64,000 nt of DNA, from contig JAJCXN010000041.1 in NCBI GenBank assembly GCA_029263415.1, positions 141,338-205,337 of the forward strand, given 5' to 3'. Positions 35,646-46,034 of this stretch are shown here, piece after piece (within the stretch, counting starts at the first letter, position 1; every line of letters begins with the position of its first letter). This stretch comes from Acidobacteriota bacterium (lineage in GTDB: Bacteria > Acidobacteriota > Thermoanaerobaculia > Multivoradales > Multivoraceae). The position numbers and the translations under genes are program-made. Under the pieces are notes generated by a model that saw only the letters and a program-made list of their open reading frames with translations, made no database searches and was not told the DNA's origin.

Positions 35646-38114
35646 ATGACAATGCGTAGTACCGGTTCTCGAATGGCTGAAGCGTCTCCAGTGTCTCCGC
35701 CTCGCGCGGCAACGGACGAATTCGTTTCGAGCCTGGATGGGCTCCCGGTTGAGGCGATACTGCTCGATCCTGTCGGCGCTGTGTTGGCTGCCAACACTCG
35801 CTGGGCCGAGGGCTCTCGGTCGCGTAGTCAGGGGGATGGTCTGGGGAGTTTCATCGGACATCCTCTGTCAGAGGTAATGCTTGGGTCCGATTCGAGTGCG
35901 CCAGATAGTGTTCGAGTGTTCGAAGGCATCATGGCGGTGGTTGGCAACCGGGACCGCTCCTTTGTTGGTGAGTATCGGACCGGAGACTCGGCCTCTGCGA
36001 GCGCCGCCGTCCAGGTGCAGGCAAGCGCAGTAGAGCAAGGCGGTGAGCGTCGGGTCTTGGTGACGCGGATCGATGTAGTCGACGGGCAGTCGCTCGAACA
36101 GCGCTGCGAAGAACTTCATGTGGCCCTACAGAGGGCAAATGAGTTCATTTTCTTTGTCGAGCCATCTGGAGCACTCAAGCTCGCCAATGAGCGTTTGCGT
36201 CGCATTCTCAAACGCCCAAAGGATGACTGGGAGGGACTGTCGCTGTGGGACATCTGTCCCGATTTCAACTCCGACCAGTGGCGGACTTGTCTCGAGGAAC
36301 TGCGCGAACTTGGCACGCTCAGCATGAGAAGTTCGTTCCTGACCCAGGAGAGCGTCACCTTTCCAGTGGAACTGGTCGCGAAGTACTTCGATACTGGTGG
36401 CGAGACCGTGTTCTTCTACGGGCGAGAATCCAGTGGTCAGGCCATTGACAGTACTGGATTCCGCTTTCGCCAGCGGCTGCGCGAGAAGACTTCTAGGTTG
36501 GAAGCGTTCAATACACGCCTGCAATCGGAGATGGCGAATCGTATTGAGACCGAGAACAAGCTGCGCGAGAGCCAGGATCGCCTAGAACTCGCCATTTGGG
36601 CTACTGAACTTGGACTTTGGGATTGGCGACTCGCGCAGGACCGGCTTAGCCTGGACCAACGTGCACTGACCCTTCTTGGACTCGAAGCAGACCTTGCGGC
36701 GTTCTCGATGGATCGGCTGCGAGCGCGGATCCACCGAGACGACCAGGTGGGCTTTGACAATCGCCTTGAGCGTCATCTGCGCGGTGATACAGACGGTCTC
36801 GACAGCATTCATCGGATGATTCAGGCCGACGGGAGCTTTCGTTGGTATCAGGTGCAGGGGCGAGCAAGCGATCGCAACGATGAGGGTCTGGTTCAACGCA
36901 TGATTGGCACGGTGCAAGACGTCTCGGAACGCAAGGCGCTCGAAGACGAACTGCTGCAGTCTCAGAAGATGGAGGCCATCGGCCGACTTGCTGGCGGTGT
37001 CGCGCATGATTTCAACAATCTGTTGACCGCGATCAATGGCTACTCGGATCTTGTGCTGCGGACGCTGGAAGATGGAAGTCCCCACCGCGGTCGCATCGAG
37101 GAGATCAATAAGGCCGGCCAGCGCGCCGCAGTGCTGACCAATCGACTCCTATCCTTCGGCCGCAAGCAGATTCAACAACCGGAACCTCTTGAACTGAGCG
37201 CCACGATCCGAGAACTCAAGCCGCTCCTTATTCCTGCCCTGGGCGAGGACATCGAACTGATGCTCGACCTGCAGGATGTGCCACGAGTCCGCGCTGACCT
37301 TCATCAAGTCGAGCAGGCGATTCTCAACTTGGTGGTGAACGGTCGCGACGCAATGCCCAAGGGCGGACTGCTGGCGATTTCGGTGCGAGAAGTTCAGGCT
37401 TCTCCGCGCGTGGGCGCCCCGCCTACTTCGCATGTGCGAATCAGTGTCAAGGACGAGGGCTTAGGCATTGACGAGAGTATTCGCGAGCACATCTTCGAAC
37501 CGTTTTTTACCACCAAGGCTAGCGGTGACGGTTCGGGGCTGGGGCTTCCGATGGTTTATGGTCTGGTGCGACAGTGCGACGGCCTAATCGAAATCGAATC
37601 CGCGCCCGGGGCCGGGACGGCGTTCCACCTGTACTTCCCGGTTGTTGAGGAGAATCTCGATTCGAGTGTGGAGCACCTCAGAGTGCAGGCTGAACCGTCG
37701 CTGCGGGGTGAGGGGTCTTTGCTGCTCGTAGAAGACGAAGATGCTGTTCGCAACCTGGTGCGAGAGACTCTCACCGAGCAGGGTTATAGCGTGGTTGCTG
37801 TTGGCAGTGCCGACCAGGCTCTGGAAGCGGTCGCGAAGGCCGGAGAACCGTTCGATATGTTGGTGACCGATGTCGTGCTTGGGGGCACCACCGGCGTCGA
37901 GCTGGCTCGTATGTTGCGCGAGTCGCGGCCCGGGTTACCGGTTCTCTTCGTCTCTGGTTACGCCGAGCATGCTGTCGACGGCGCGTTGACCGTGGAGCCG
38001 GGCATGGCGTTCTTGAGAAAACCCTTCCTTGCGGACAAGCTCTATGAACATATTACACATCTACTTCGCTGGCGCACCAGTCGTCAGAAACGAGAAGGTT
38101 CCGGCGACCCGTAG
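35646..38114 (+). CDS. Hybrid sensor histidine kinase (PAS/PAC domains, HisKA, HATPase_c, C-terminal receiver)
   Basis: HisKA H-box VAHDFNNLLTAINGYSDL. HATPase N/G boxes (NLVVNGRDAM, DEGLGID, GSGLGLPMV). Receiver domain LLLVEDEDAVRNL...MLVTDVVLGG...LRKPF. Confidence 0.85.
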   Translation: MTMRSTGSRMAEASPVSPPRAATDEFVSSLDGLPVEAILLDPVGAVLAANTRWAEGSRSRSQGDGLGSFIGHPLSEVMLGSDSSAPDSVRVFEGIMAVVGNRDRSFVGEYRTGDSASASAAVQVQASAVEQGGERRVLVTRIDVVDGQSLEQRCEELHVALQRANEFIFFVEPSGALKLANERLRRILKRPKDDWEGLSLWDICPDFNSDQWRTCLEELRELGTLSMRSSFLTQESVTFPVELVAKYFDTGGETVFFYGRESSGQAIDSTGFRFRQRLREKTSRLEAFNTRLQSEMANRIETENKLRESQDRLELAIWATELGLWDWRLAQDRLSLDQRALTLLGLEADLAAFSMDRLRARIHRDDQVGFDNRLERHLRGDTDGLDSIHRMIQADGSFRWYQVQGRASDRNDEGLVQRMIGTVQDVSERKALEDELLQSQKMEAIGRLAGGVAHDFNNLLTAINGYSDLVLRTLEDGSPHRGRIEEINKAGQRAAVLTNRLLSFGRKQIQQPEPLELSATIRELKPLLIPALGEDIELMLDLQDVPRVRADLHQVEQAILNLVVNGRDAMPKGGLLAISVREVQASPRVGAPPTSHVRISVKDEGLGIDESIREHIFEPFFTTKASGDGSGLGLPMVYGLVRQCDGLIEIESAPGAGTAFHLYFPVVEENLDSSVEHLRVQAEPSLRGEGSLLLVEDEDAVRNLVRETLTEQGYSVVAVGSADQALEAVAKAGEPFDMLVTDVVLGGTTGVELARMLRESRPGLPVLFVSGYAEHAVDGALTVEPGMAFLRKPFLADKLYEHITHLLRWRTSRQKREGSGDP

Positions 38115-38131
38115 TTGGAGCTGGTGCGACA

Positions 38132-38983
38132 TTGAGTGATCGGCGGCCTGTTGATCGCAACCTGGAAGCCTCGGTTGCCGAGTTGTATCGCGGTCCCCGC
38201 GAGCAGTTTGTCGTGGGTCGCAAAGCGCTGGTTGACCAGTTGGAGGGCACGGCCCCGGAGTCTGTTCCGTGGGTAAAGAGGCTCAAGAAGCCGAGCATCT
38301 TGGCGTGGGCTATCAACCGATTTCGGACCGATCATCCGATCGAGTTCGCCGCGCTGGTCGAGAGTGGAGGGAACCTGCGGCGGGCTCTCGAGGCAGGCGA
38401 CCCCACCGTGGCGATGGCAGCGCGTCGTGCAGCGGTCGAGGAGGCTCTCGAGTGCCTGGATGAGGATTGGAGCCGTCTCGGCAGTGATCTGACCGTGTCT
38501 CAACGGCGAAAACTTGCTGCGACGCTCGAGGCACTGTCCGTTGGAGGTGGGGATGATGATGAGGTGGCTGCCGGCCTTGCTGGCAGGTTGGAACGGGACC
38601 TGAGTCCGCCGGGATTGGAGAGTTTGGTTGGGTTGGTGGTGGGCGGCGCAGCAAAGCAAGGAGCGGTGAGGACCAGAAGTCCGGTGCTCCGCGGCAGGCG
38701 AGGCAAGAGTGCAGGCGCTCGCGCTCCATCTGACAGTGACGTGCTCGCACAAAAGAAGAAGGACGTGTCCGTGGCGCGCGCTAAACTCAAGCGCTCACAG
38801 AAAGCGCTGGCCGCGCTGGAGGCACAGGGCGAGGCGGCTCGAGCGCGGGTACTCGAGGTGCAAACTCAACTGACTGAAGTGCGGGCTGCACGGGCCGAGC
38901 TGCGCGGTCGGATCGAGAAGGCGCGGGGTGAGGCCAGGCGTGCGGAGAGAGCGGTCAACGGTCTAGAGCGGGACTTCGTTTGA
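38132..38983 (+). CDS. Hypothetical protein with coiled-coil C-terminus, 17 bp downstream of the hybrid kinase (likely co-transcribed)
   Basis: TTG-start ORF with coding-like composition and an Arg/Ala/Glu-rich coiled-coil tail. No recognisable domain. Confidence 0.4.
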   Translation: MSDRRPVDRNLEASVAELYRGPREQFVVGRKALVDQLEGTAPESVPWVKRLKKPSILAWAINRFRTDHPIEFAALVESGGNLRRALEAGDPTVAMAARRAAVEEALECLDEDWSRLGSDLTVSQRRKLAATLEALSVGGGDDDEVAAGLAGRLERDLSPPGLESLVGLVVGGAAKQGAVRTRSPVLRGRRGKSAGARAPSDSDVLAQKKKDVSVARAKLKRSQKALAALEAQGEAARARVLEVQTQLTEVRAARAELRGRIEKARGEARRAERAVNGLERDFV

Positions 38984-38990
38984 GCGCGGC

Positions 38991-40229
38991 CTAGCGGACC
39001 ACCCGTTGGCTGAACAGCTCAGTGACCTCAGCCTCAGGGTAGCCGAGTTCAGCGAGAATCTCCTTGGTGTGCTGCCCAAGGTCGGGGGCGGGCTTTGGCG
39101 TTGGGCGAGCGGACCCGTCGATCTGAATCGGATTGTTGATTGTGCGGTGTCTGCCAATTCTCGGATGGTCGATGTCGATAAAGACGTCGGTGTCGGCCAT
39201 TTGGGCGTCGTTGGCAATCTCATCGAAGGTCGGCAAGGTGCTGAAGGCAATGTCGTTGTGCTCGAACACATCCATCCAATGTTCAAGATCGTGCTTGGCA
39301 AACTCGGCGTCAGCTAGGCGGACGATCTTGCCCATCACCTGTTGCCTCGCTTCAAAGGTGCCGAACTCTGGGTCGGTGGCGAGCTCCGGGCGGTTGATCG
39401 CGGAGCAGAAACGAGGCCAGTTGCCGACGTGATCAATGATTGTAAATTTGAACCGTCGGCCACACCTTGCTCGGTAGTACACGGCTGCAAAGTTGCGCGG
39501 ATTGTCTCGAGGTCGGCGTTCGAGAAACTCGGCGTCGAGCAGGCGAGCCTGAATCGTAATGGCGTTCGCCCAGGCGCCGTTGGCAAGAAGGGAGGTCGAT
39601 ACGCGCGTGCCCTTGCCGGTCTTCTGGCGCTCGAGCACAGCCATGAGGACTGCCGTCAGCAAGGTCATCCCACTGGGGTGATCACCGGTGCCATAGGGGA
39701 TGGCGCCGAGTTCACCCTCGATGGGAAAAATCGTTGATTCGATGCCAGATCGAGACCAGTAACAAACTGCATCAAAACCAGGCTTGTTGCACTCTGCTCC
39801 ACCATCGCCGTAGCCAGTCCCGTGAGCGAAAATGAGCCGTCGGTTGAGCGCGTGAAGCGTTTCGAAATCGAGGCCCAGACGTTCGAGAGCTGCTGTTCGC
39901 GTGTTGGTGAAGAAGACGTCGGCATCGGTCAGCAGCCGCTTGAGAACTTCTAAGCCGGAGTCGGTCTTGAGATCGAGGGCGATGCTGCGTTTGCTGCGAT
40001 TGTCGGCGATAAAACAATATTCCTCTTTGTGCAGAGGCATGCCGGGGATCAGGTGCCCGCGCCGGTTGAGATCGCCGACCAGCGGCTCGACTTTGACCAC
40101 ATCGGCTCCGAAGTCAGCCATGACCACCGCGGCGGACGGGACCATCACCATGCTCGACGCATCGATGACCTTGAGGCCCGCAAGGGGCCCGACTTGCTGT
40201 GCGCCGGAGATGGCGGTGGAGGAACTCAT
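38991..40229 (-). CDS. CoA-transferase family III (CaiB/BaiF/Frc-like)
   Basis: N-terminal GPLAGLKVIDASSMVMVPSAAVVMADFGADVVKVEP is the family-III CoA-transferase signature. ~410 aa. Confidence 0.85.
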   Translation of the reverse strand: MSSSTAISGAQQVGPLAGLKVIDASSMVMVPSAAVVMADFGADVVKVEPLVGDLNRRGHLIPGMPLHKEEYCFIADNRSKRSIALDLKTDSGLEVLKRLLTDADVFFTNTRTAALERLGLDFETLHALNRRLIFAHGTGYGDGGAECNKPGFDAVCYWSRSGIESTIFPIEGELGAIPYGTGDHPSGMTLLTAVLMAVLERQKTGKGTRVSTSLLANGAWANAITIQARLLDAEFLERRPRDNPRNFAAVYYRARCGRRFKFTIIDHVGNWPRFCSAINRPELATDPEFGTFEARQQVMGKIVRLADAEFAKHDLEHWMDVFEHNDIAFSTLPTFDEIANDAQMADTDVFIDIDHPRIGRHRTINNPIQIDGSARPTPKPAPDLGQHTKEILAELGYPEAEVTELFSQRVVR

Positions 40230-40340
40230 CAGTGGGGTCTTCTCAAACGTGGTTTGGGAGCAATGGCAGTGAATTGCGGTTGAGACCGACGAGTCTAGCT
40301 ACAATGCCGTCCTCGTTGAGGACTCAGAAAGGGCATACGG

Positions 40341-41651
40341 ATGTTGACCACAATTGAATCGGGCTCCTGTTTGCGCGATGACGGGCTCCTTGCACAGCTT
40401 GCGGATCGATTCGGCACGCCGCTCTTTGTGTATGACGGTGATCGCATCGTTCAGCGATTTGAGTCGCTTGCCACCGCCTTCGATGGCTACGCTGGAGGTG
40501 TGCGCTTTCACTATGCGTTGAAGGCGAACACCAACCTGGCCGTGGTCAAACTGCTGCTCGCCGCAGGCGCTCATCCTGAGTGCATCTCAGGAGGGGAAGT
40601 GGAATTGGCCAAGCGGCTGGGTGCGGCTGGCAGCGACATTCTTTTGACCTCGAGCAGCAAGAGTCCGGCTGAGCTAGAACTCGCTTGCCGAGATGACGTG
40701 CTGGTGAATGTCGATTCACTCGACGAGCTGCAACAGTTAGAGGCTATTGCGCGTCGCCTCGATCGCCCGGTACGAGTCTCGTTCAGGGTCAATCCGGACG
40801 TCGACCCGCAGACCCATCGTCACATCGCAACCGGACACAAGCTGACCAAGTTCGGCCTGCTGCTTGAGGATGCTCACTACCTCGAAGGGTTCAAGATTGC
40901 TCACAAGAGTGAGTGGCTGCGGCCGGTTGGCATTCAGGCTCACATCGGATCGCAGATCATGACGCTCGAACCGTTCGAGCGCAACGCGCGTCTTTTGTGC
41001 GCAGCCTTTCTCGAGCTGGAAGCGGAACTTGGATTTCGTCTCGAATTCATCGATCTTGGAGGTGGCATTGGCATTCGCTATCAGCCGCAGCACGTCGAAC
41101 TCCAACCGAGCGACATCGCCTCGGCGGTCTGTGGCATCGTCACGAGCGCTTTGGGACAGACCCGGCTTCCACAACTGTGGTTCGAGCCGGGACGCTATTT
41201 CGTCGGGGGGTCTGGGGTACTCGTCGCTCGAGTGCATTCGGTGAAGCACACACCATTTCGTAACTTCATCAACGTCGATACTGGCTTCAATCAGTTCTTG
41301 CGTCCGCTGCTTTACGAAGCACACCACCACGTCAGGATGATTGGCAACGCGGGGCTAGGCGAGCAACGCTACGATGTTGCCGGCAACATCTGTGAGACGG
41401 GCGACATTCTCGCCGAGGATCGTGAGCTGCCGACGCCAGTCGCGGGCGACTTGGTTGCCCTCGAAGGAGCCGGAGCCTATTGTTACGCGCTGGCCTCTGA
41501 GTACAACAGCTTTCCGCTGCCGGCAGAGGTGCTGGTGCGCGGAGACAGCCAAGTCGACTTGATTCGGCGCCGCGGCACGATTGACGACCTCTTAAGAGCG
41601 CAGCAGTGGCCCTCCGATTTTGGAGAGGCGCCTTCCGGTGTAGAGGCCTGA
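40341..41651 (+). CDS. PLP-dependent decarboxylase, Orn/DAP/Arg decarboxylase family 2 (diaminopimelate decarboxylase LysA-like)
   Basis: PLP-lysine motif HYALKANTNLAVV, an FEPGRYFVG block and a CETGD motif. Confidence 0.8.
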   Translation: MLTTIESGSCLRDDGLLAQLADRFGTPLFVYDGDRIVQRFESLATAFDGYAGGVRFHYALKANTNLAVVKLLLAAGAHPECISGGEVELAKRLGAAGSDILLTSSSKSPAELELACRDDVLVNVDSLDELQQLEAIARRLDRPVRVSFRVNPDVDPQTHRHIATGHKLTKFGLLLEDAHYLEGFKIAHKSEWLRPVGIQAHIGSQIMTLEPFERNARLLCAAFLELEAELGFRLEFIDLGGGIGIRYQPQHVELQPSDIASAVCGIVTSALGQTRLPQLWFEPGRYFVGGSGVLVARVHSVKHTPFRNFINVDTGFNQFLRPLLYEAHHHVRMIGNAGLGEQRYDVAGNICETGDILAEDRELPTPVAGDLVALEGAGAYCYALASEYNSFPLPAEVLVRGDSQVDLIRRRGTIDDLLRAQQWPSDFGEAPSGVEA

Positions 41652-41782
41652 GGGCTGCGAAGCGCTAGGGGCCTGCTCGGGAGTATTGCTTAAGCGGCTC
41701 TATGTTGCTTGGATCCGGAGATCCTGGCGGGGCTTCTTCAGTAAGCTTCTTAGACCATTTACTGGAGTATTGGAGTAGCCGT

Positions 41783-42682
41783 ATGAGGTTGGCGTCGATC
41801 AAGGTTGGTGGCAGAAGCAGTATTGCAGTCGCGGTCAACCGTGGAGGGGCGACCTCGCTTTTGCCGTTGGCCGCGGTCGCAGAAGACCTGCCGCGCGGTA
41901 TGTGTCGCTTCTTGGCGACCGGCAACGACGCTTTCGATGTTGCCGCTCAGGTTCTGCGAGAAGCGCTCGATGGTCACCACGCGGAACACCTCATCGCACT
42001 GGATCGCGTTGCTTGGCTTCCGGTTGTGCCGAAGCCGCGGAAGTTCCTTGCCATCGGGTTGAACTATGCGGCGCATGCTGAGGAGACGGGGCGCCAGCCG
42101 CCGGAGTTTCCGACGGTCTTCAACAAGCAGTCGACCTGCACCAACGCTCACAAGGGCGAGATATTGATGCCGCCCGAAAGCTCTGCGCTGGACTACGAGG
42201 GTGAGTTGGCGTTCGTGATCGGCAAACGCTGCCGTCGGGTCGAGCGAGCGGATGCAGCGTCGGTGATCGCCGGTTACACCATTGTCAACGATGTTTCAGT
42301 GCGCGATTGGCAGCGCCGATCGCCGACCATGATGATGGGCAAGGGTTGGGATTCGCATGGTCCAATGGGACCGTGGCTGGTCACTCCAGATGAGGCTGGG
42401 GATCCGCACGATCTCAAGCTTCGCACCTTCGTCAACGGCGAGCTACGTCAAGAGGGCCATACTGGATCGCTTTTGTTCGATTGCTTCGAACTGGTTGAAA
42501 CGCTGTCGACTGCGTTCACTCTCGAGCCAGGGGATGTGGTGAGCACCGGGACCCCGAGTGGTGTTGGCGTAGCGTTCACGCCCCCTCGATTCTTGAGAGA
42601 CGGCGATCGAGTGCGGATCGAAGTGGAGAACATCGGGGTTCTCGAGAATCGGGTGGCCTTTGAGAGTTCGGGCGAAACCTGA
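41783..42682 (+). CDS. Fumarylacetoacetate hydrolase (FAH) family protein (2-keto-4-pentenoate hydratase / HpcE-like)
   Basis: FAH-fold blocks KFLAIGLNYAAHAEE, DYEGELAFVIGKRCRRV and GTPSGVG. GGAG precedes the ATG at 41783. Confidence 0.85.
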   Translation: MRLASIKVGGRSSIAVAVNRGGATSLLPLAAVAEDLPRGMCRFLATGNDAFDVAAQVLREALDGHHAEHLIALDRVAWLPVVPKPRKFLAIGLNYAAHAEETGRQPPEFPTVFNKQSTCTNAHKGEILMPPESSALDYEGELAFVIGKRCRRVERADAASVIAGYTIVNDVSVRDWQRRSPTMMMGKGWDSHGPMGPWLVTPDEAGDPHDLKLRTFVNGELRQEGHTGSLLFDCFELVETLSTAFTLEPGDVVSTGTPSGVGVAFTPPRFLRDGDRVRIEVENIGVLENRVAFESSGET

Positions 42683-42688
42683 GCGCCG

Positions 42689-44515
42689 CTAGGATACGTG
42701 ACGCGGCACCCTGCCCTCGTCGCGCCAGGGATCAGCGTCCGGTTTGCCTTCCCGAGATTTGGAAGTGGCCGCGGTCTCGGAATCGGTTTCTCGCAGCCTG
42801 CGAATGATCCTCTCGAAGGCGGCTCCGGCGGCCTCCGATAGCGCGAGAAATTCATTGAGCGGCTGGCCTGTGACCGTGTCGTTCTCGTTGTCACCGTAGA
42901 AAAAACCAACAATGAAGCTGCCGGCCTTTAGCGGCAAGATCATGCAATCCGGGGCCTGGACCGGACCCAGCGCTGAGGACAAAGCGTCGAAGGCGCGGTC
43001 TTGGCGGTAGGAGCTGAGCCAGAAACGCGAGCCGCTTTGAATAGCAAGGAACGGTGTACCGTCGCCGACCAGAAAGCTCAAGGTCGACAAGACGCGCGGT
43101 CTTACCCCTGGACCGTCCGCTCTCCAGCCACGGACTTGATCGCCGCGTTTGGCAAGTAGCACCCGCCGCTTGAAGAACGGTCTAAGCCCTTGCATAAGGA
43201 TGCGACCAACGGTCTCACGATTGGTGGCCTCGAGGAGCGCAGCGTGAGCGTCTTCAAGGGTAGCGGTCGAAAGGCCGCGCTGTGGTGAGCTCACTGCAGC
43301 GAGCTCGTTGGACTCAATCGTTGGAACCCGTGCTCCAGGTTCTTGGGTTGCGATCGGGTTGAGGTCGGCGTTGGCGCGCGGCTTTCGTTGGCGGCCTGCT
43401 CGCACCGCGAAGGGGAACTGATGAAGACTGTCTCCGCCTCTGGCTGCGACGCTTCTTGCTTCTTCGGCTCTTGCTTCTTCGGCTCTTGCTTCACCTGGGT
43501 CCAGCAAGGCTTGCACCGCCGATTTGCCGGGCACGCTCGGTTGGTTCGCGACTTGGGCCGCTGCTGGCTTGTCTAGAGGGGGAGTGGCGACCGAATCCCG
43601 TTGACGGGTGGCGGAACTCTTCGCAGCTCGGTCAGCGTCGTCAGGAGCACTCTTCCCGGCTGCGTTGACGCCAGATTGGTCCGGGTTGCCCTCATGGACT
43701 TCACTGACTTCAAAGTCCTTCCACTTGATCCTCCGTCCGACGGTGCTAGACAGGGTCGGATCGAAGTTGTCTGCCGTCGTTTGGCCAAGCACTCGAAAGA
43801 CGTCGGGCTGCCTCGCGTCGGTCAAGTCTTCGCCGGGTTTTCCTAGAGGGATGGAAACCGAGACGTCCTTTTCCGGACCGGTTGGTACAGAGTTGGCGAA
43901 TGAAGAACGCCCACCACCTGATGAGCCAGAGATCCACTCCGATGAGTCCGCGCGCTCTGGTTCGAGGACGAAGCTGGCCGCTGTCGAAGGAGGATCGGGC
44001 GTGCCAGAACTCGGTGCGGGGAGGGGGTCGCCATTGAGCTTCGCGGCCAGTCGGGAGAAGCGAAGGGGTAACGAATGACCGTGGTATCGATGTAGTGCCT
44101 CTTGGACCCTGACCTCGAGGCCAACGAAGGTTCGCGTGAGACGCGACGTAGCCAGAGTCACCTCGTTCTCGATGTGAATATCCCCTGGCCGTTGTGAGGC
44201 GATGTAGACGGTGTTGCCGTTTAGGGCGAAGGGAACGATGCTGTGACGGCGCACCAGGTCCCGGGGCACCTTTGACGACACCTCTTTGGGAATATTCGCC
44301 AAGCGATGACCAGCGACTGTGGGGTTCTCGTGCAACAAACCGATGGCCTCGAGCAGGATAGCTTCGTCGATGGCCTCCAACTCCAAAAGGTTGGTGCCGA
44401 GGTGCCCGCCGGCAACACGCTGGATCTCCAGTGCCCTTTCGAGATCGCGCCTCTGAAGGTGGCCCGACTCGATCAGAAGTTCGCCCAAGCGGCCGCTGGG
44501 CTTGCGTTTTTGCAA
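42689..44515 (-). CDS. Protein with an N-terminal T2SS/T4P GspE-N (MshEN-like) domain, a long Pro/Ser/Ala/Arg-rich low-complexity linker, and a C-terminal domain of unknown function
   Basis: N-terminal LGELLIESGHLQRRDLERALEIQRVAGGHLGTNLLELEAIDEAILLEAIG resembles the GspE N-terminal (MshEN) fold repeat. The middle is low complexity with an (EEARA)3 repeat. The C-terminal region is not recognised. Confidence 0.5.
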   Translation of the reverse strand: MQKRKPSGRLGELLIESGHLQRRDLERALEIQRVAGGHLGTNLLELEAIDEAILLEAIGLLHENPTVAGHRLANIPKEVSSKVPRDLVRRHSIVPFALNGNTVYIASQRPGDIHIENEVTLATSRLTRTFVGLEVRVQEALHRYHGHSLPLRFSRLAAKLNGDPLPAPSSGTPDPPSTAASFVLEPERADSSEWISGSSGGGRSSFANSVPTGPEKDVSVSIPLGKPGEDLTDARQPDVFRVLGQTTADNFDPTLSSTVGRRIKWKDFEVSEVHEGNPDQSGVNAAGKSAPDDADRAAKSSATRQRDSVATPPLDKPAAAQVANQPSVPGKSAVQALLDPGEARAEEARAEEARSVAARGGDSLHQFPFAVRAGRQRKPRANADLNPIATQEPGARVPTIESNELAAVSSPQRGLSTATLEDAHAALLEATNRETVGRILMQGLRPFFKRRVLLAKRGDQVRGWRADGPGVRPRVLSTLSFLVGDGTPFLAIQSGSRFWLSSYRQDRAFDALSSALGPVQAPDCMILPLKAGSFIVGFFYGDNENDTVTGQPLNEFLALSEAAGAAFERIIRRLRETDSETAATSKSREGKPDADPWRDEGRVPRHVS

Positions 44516-44659
44516 GAAAAAAGTCCTCCAGTATCGTCGACAGCCTGTGACCGAGTGGCCGGCTTTGGCGCAGGTCGTCGCAACGTTGCGGACCGCTCAT
44601 CGTAGCAAGTGGCGTGGAGGCTCGCTAGCTGGCATCGATCCCTTCTTGATCTCTTTCCG

Positions 44660-45841
44660 TCAGCAGCAGGCAGAGGTGGTGCAGGAAGTAGTGGACTCCG
44701 TCGTGGCCCCTGCCGGGGCCTCGCAGCCAGATCCCTTCGTTTCTTCGGGGTGCCTGCGTGCTGAGCGAGTGCGATCGAACGGCTGGGCGTTCTCCGAACG
44801 AACCGCGATACGCGGTTCGATGAACTCGAACTGACCGTCGTATACGCTACCTTGGTAGAGGTTGAAGGTCTTGTTGCAGACCGCCATGCGATCGCCGCGC
44901 ACGAGACGATGGCCGTCGTCGTCCAGCACTTCTCGGAAGGGGCCCTTATAGATCACCGCTTGGTTGTGCTCCATGCAAGGACCCACTTTGCCTTTGTGCG
45001 CTTCGATGACGACTGAGCGAAACTCGATCCCTTGGACCGTTTGCCAGGGTTCATGTTCACGTTCGAGTAGGCGAATACCAAAGAAACCCGCGTCTTCGAA
45101 AGCTTGGATGAAGCCCGTTTCGGTCAATGCCCCAGAGATGCATCCGCTCCACAGGTCGGCGTCTTGCTGCATTTCAAGAGGGATCTCTTCATCAGAAACA
45201 ATGTCGGAGATGACCGCTCGTCCGCCATTGCGGAGCACACGGTGCAGTTCGCGAAAAAGTTCCGGTTTCTCGGTTGCAGCCACCAGATTCAGAACGCAAT
45301 TGGACACCACGACGTCGATGGTGTCGTTTGCGATCAAGGGGCTGGTCCGGCGAAGGTCGTTCGCTTCTTGCTGCAAGCGGAACATGTCGTCCGCAGAGTT
45401 GACTGGATTGGTGCTCAACACCTCATCCACTGCATCCAGGTCAAGGCCAAGATCTTGAATTCGCCCGCGTTTGAACTCGACGTTTGAAAAGCCGATACGT
45501 TCGGCGACAATCGGTGCGTTGCGCCTTGCGACGTTCAGCATGTCGTGGGTCATATCGACGCCGATGACCTTGCCTTCCGATCCGACAACCTGGGCTGCGA
45601 TGAAGCAGATCTTCCCCGTGCCGCTGCCCAGGTCAAGCACGGTCTCGCCTGGCTTTAGATAGCGACTTGGATCGCCGCAACCATAGTCGCGCTCGATCAC
45701 CTCTTGGGGGATGACTTCAAGGAACTTAGGGTCGTAGTTGACCGGGCAGCACAGTGCCTCGACTTGTTGGTGGGCACCTGTTGCGTAGCGATCTTTGACG
45801 ATCTGCTCGACGTCGAGTTCGGAGGGCGAATCAGCAGTCAT
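44660..45841 (-). CDS. SAM-dependent methyltransferase, ArsM-like (arsenite methyltransferase family) with Cys-rich C-terminal tail
   Basis: Vicinal Cys (ALCCP), YGCGDP, a SAM motif GETVLDLGSGTGKICFIAAQ, and a C-terminal CTTSACC. Confidence 0.7.
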   Translation of the reverse strand: MTADSPSELDVEQIVKDRYATGAHQQVEALCCPVNYDPKFLEVIPQEVIERDYGCGDPSRYLKPGETVLDLGSGTGKICFIAAQVVGSEGKVIGVDMTHDMLNVARRNAPIVAERIGFSNVEFKRGRIQDLGLDLDAVDEVLSTNPVNSADDMFRLQQEANDLRRTSPLIANDTIDVVVSNCVLNLVAATEKPELFRELHRVLRNGGRAVISDIVSDEEIPLEMQQDADLWSGCISGALTETGFIQAFEDAGFFGIRLLEREHEPWQTVQGIEFRSVVIEAHKGKVGPCMEHNQAVIYKGPFREVLDDDGHRLVRGDRMAVCNKTFNLYQGSVYDGQFEFIEPRIAVRSENAQPFDRTRSARRHPEETKGSGCEAPAGATTESTTSCTTSACC

Positions 45842-46034
45842 TGAACGAGGCTCCGGGTTTGCATTGAGTTGGGATCGCGCTGAGTTCTTGGTGCAGGCGC
45901 TTCCAGATAACTAGGCAGTGGACTGTACGTGGCCCCGCCTCGATCGGATCAAAGGGCGCAAGGTCGGTGTATGGTGGGCGCGATCAACACGGAGCAGAAG
46001 TCTGCCTCCTCCCGAGCTGCCAAGGAGCAATTTT

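Noticed and set aside
43746-44600. 284-aa minus-strand ORF overlapping the MshEN-domain gene in another frame
   Set aside because: Arg/Pro-rich shadow ORF. The in-frame MshEN gene has a recognisable N-terminal domain.
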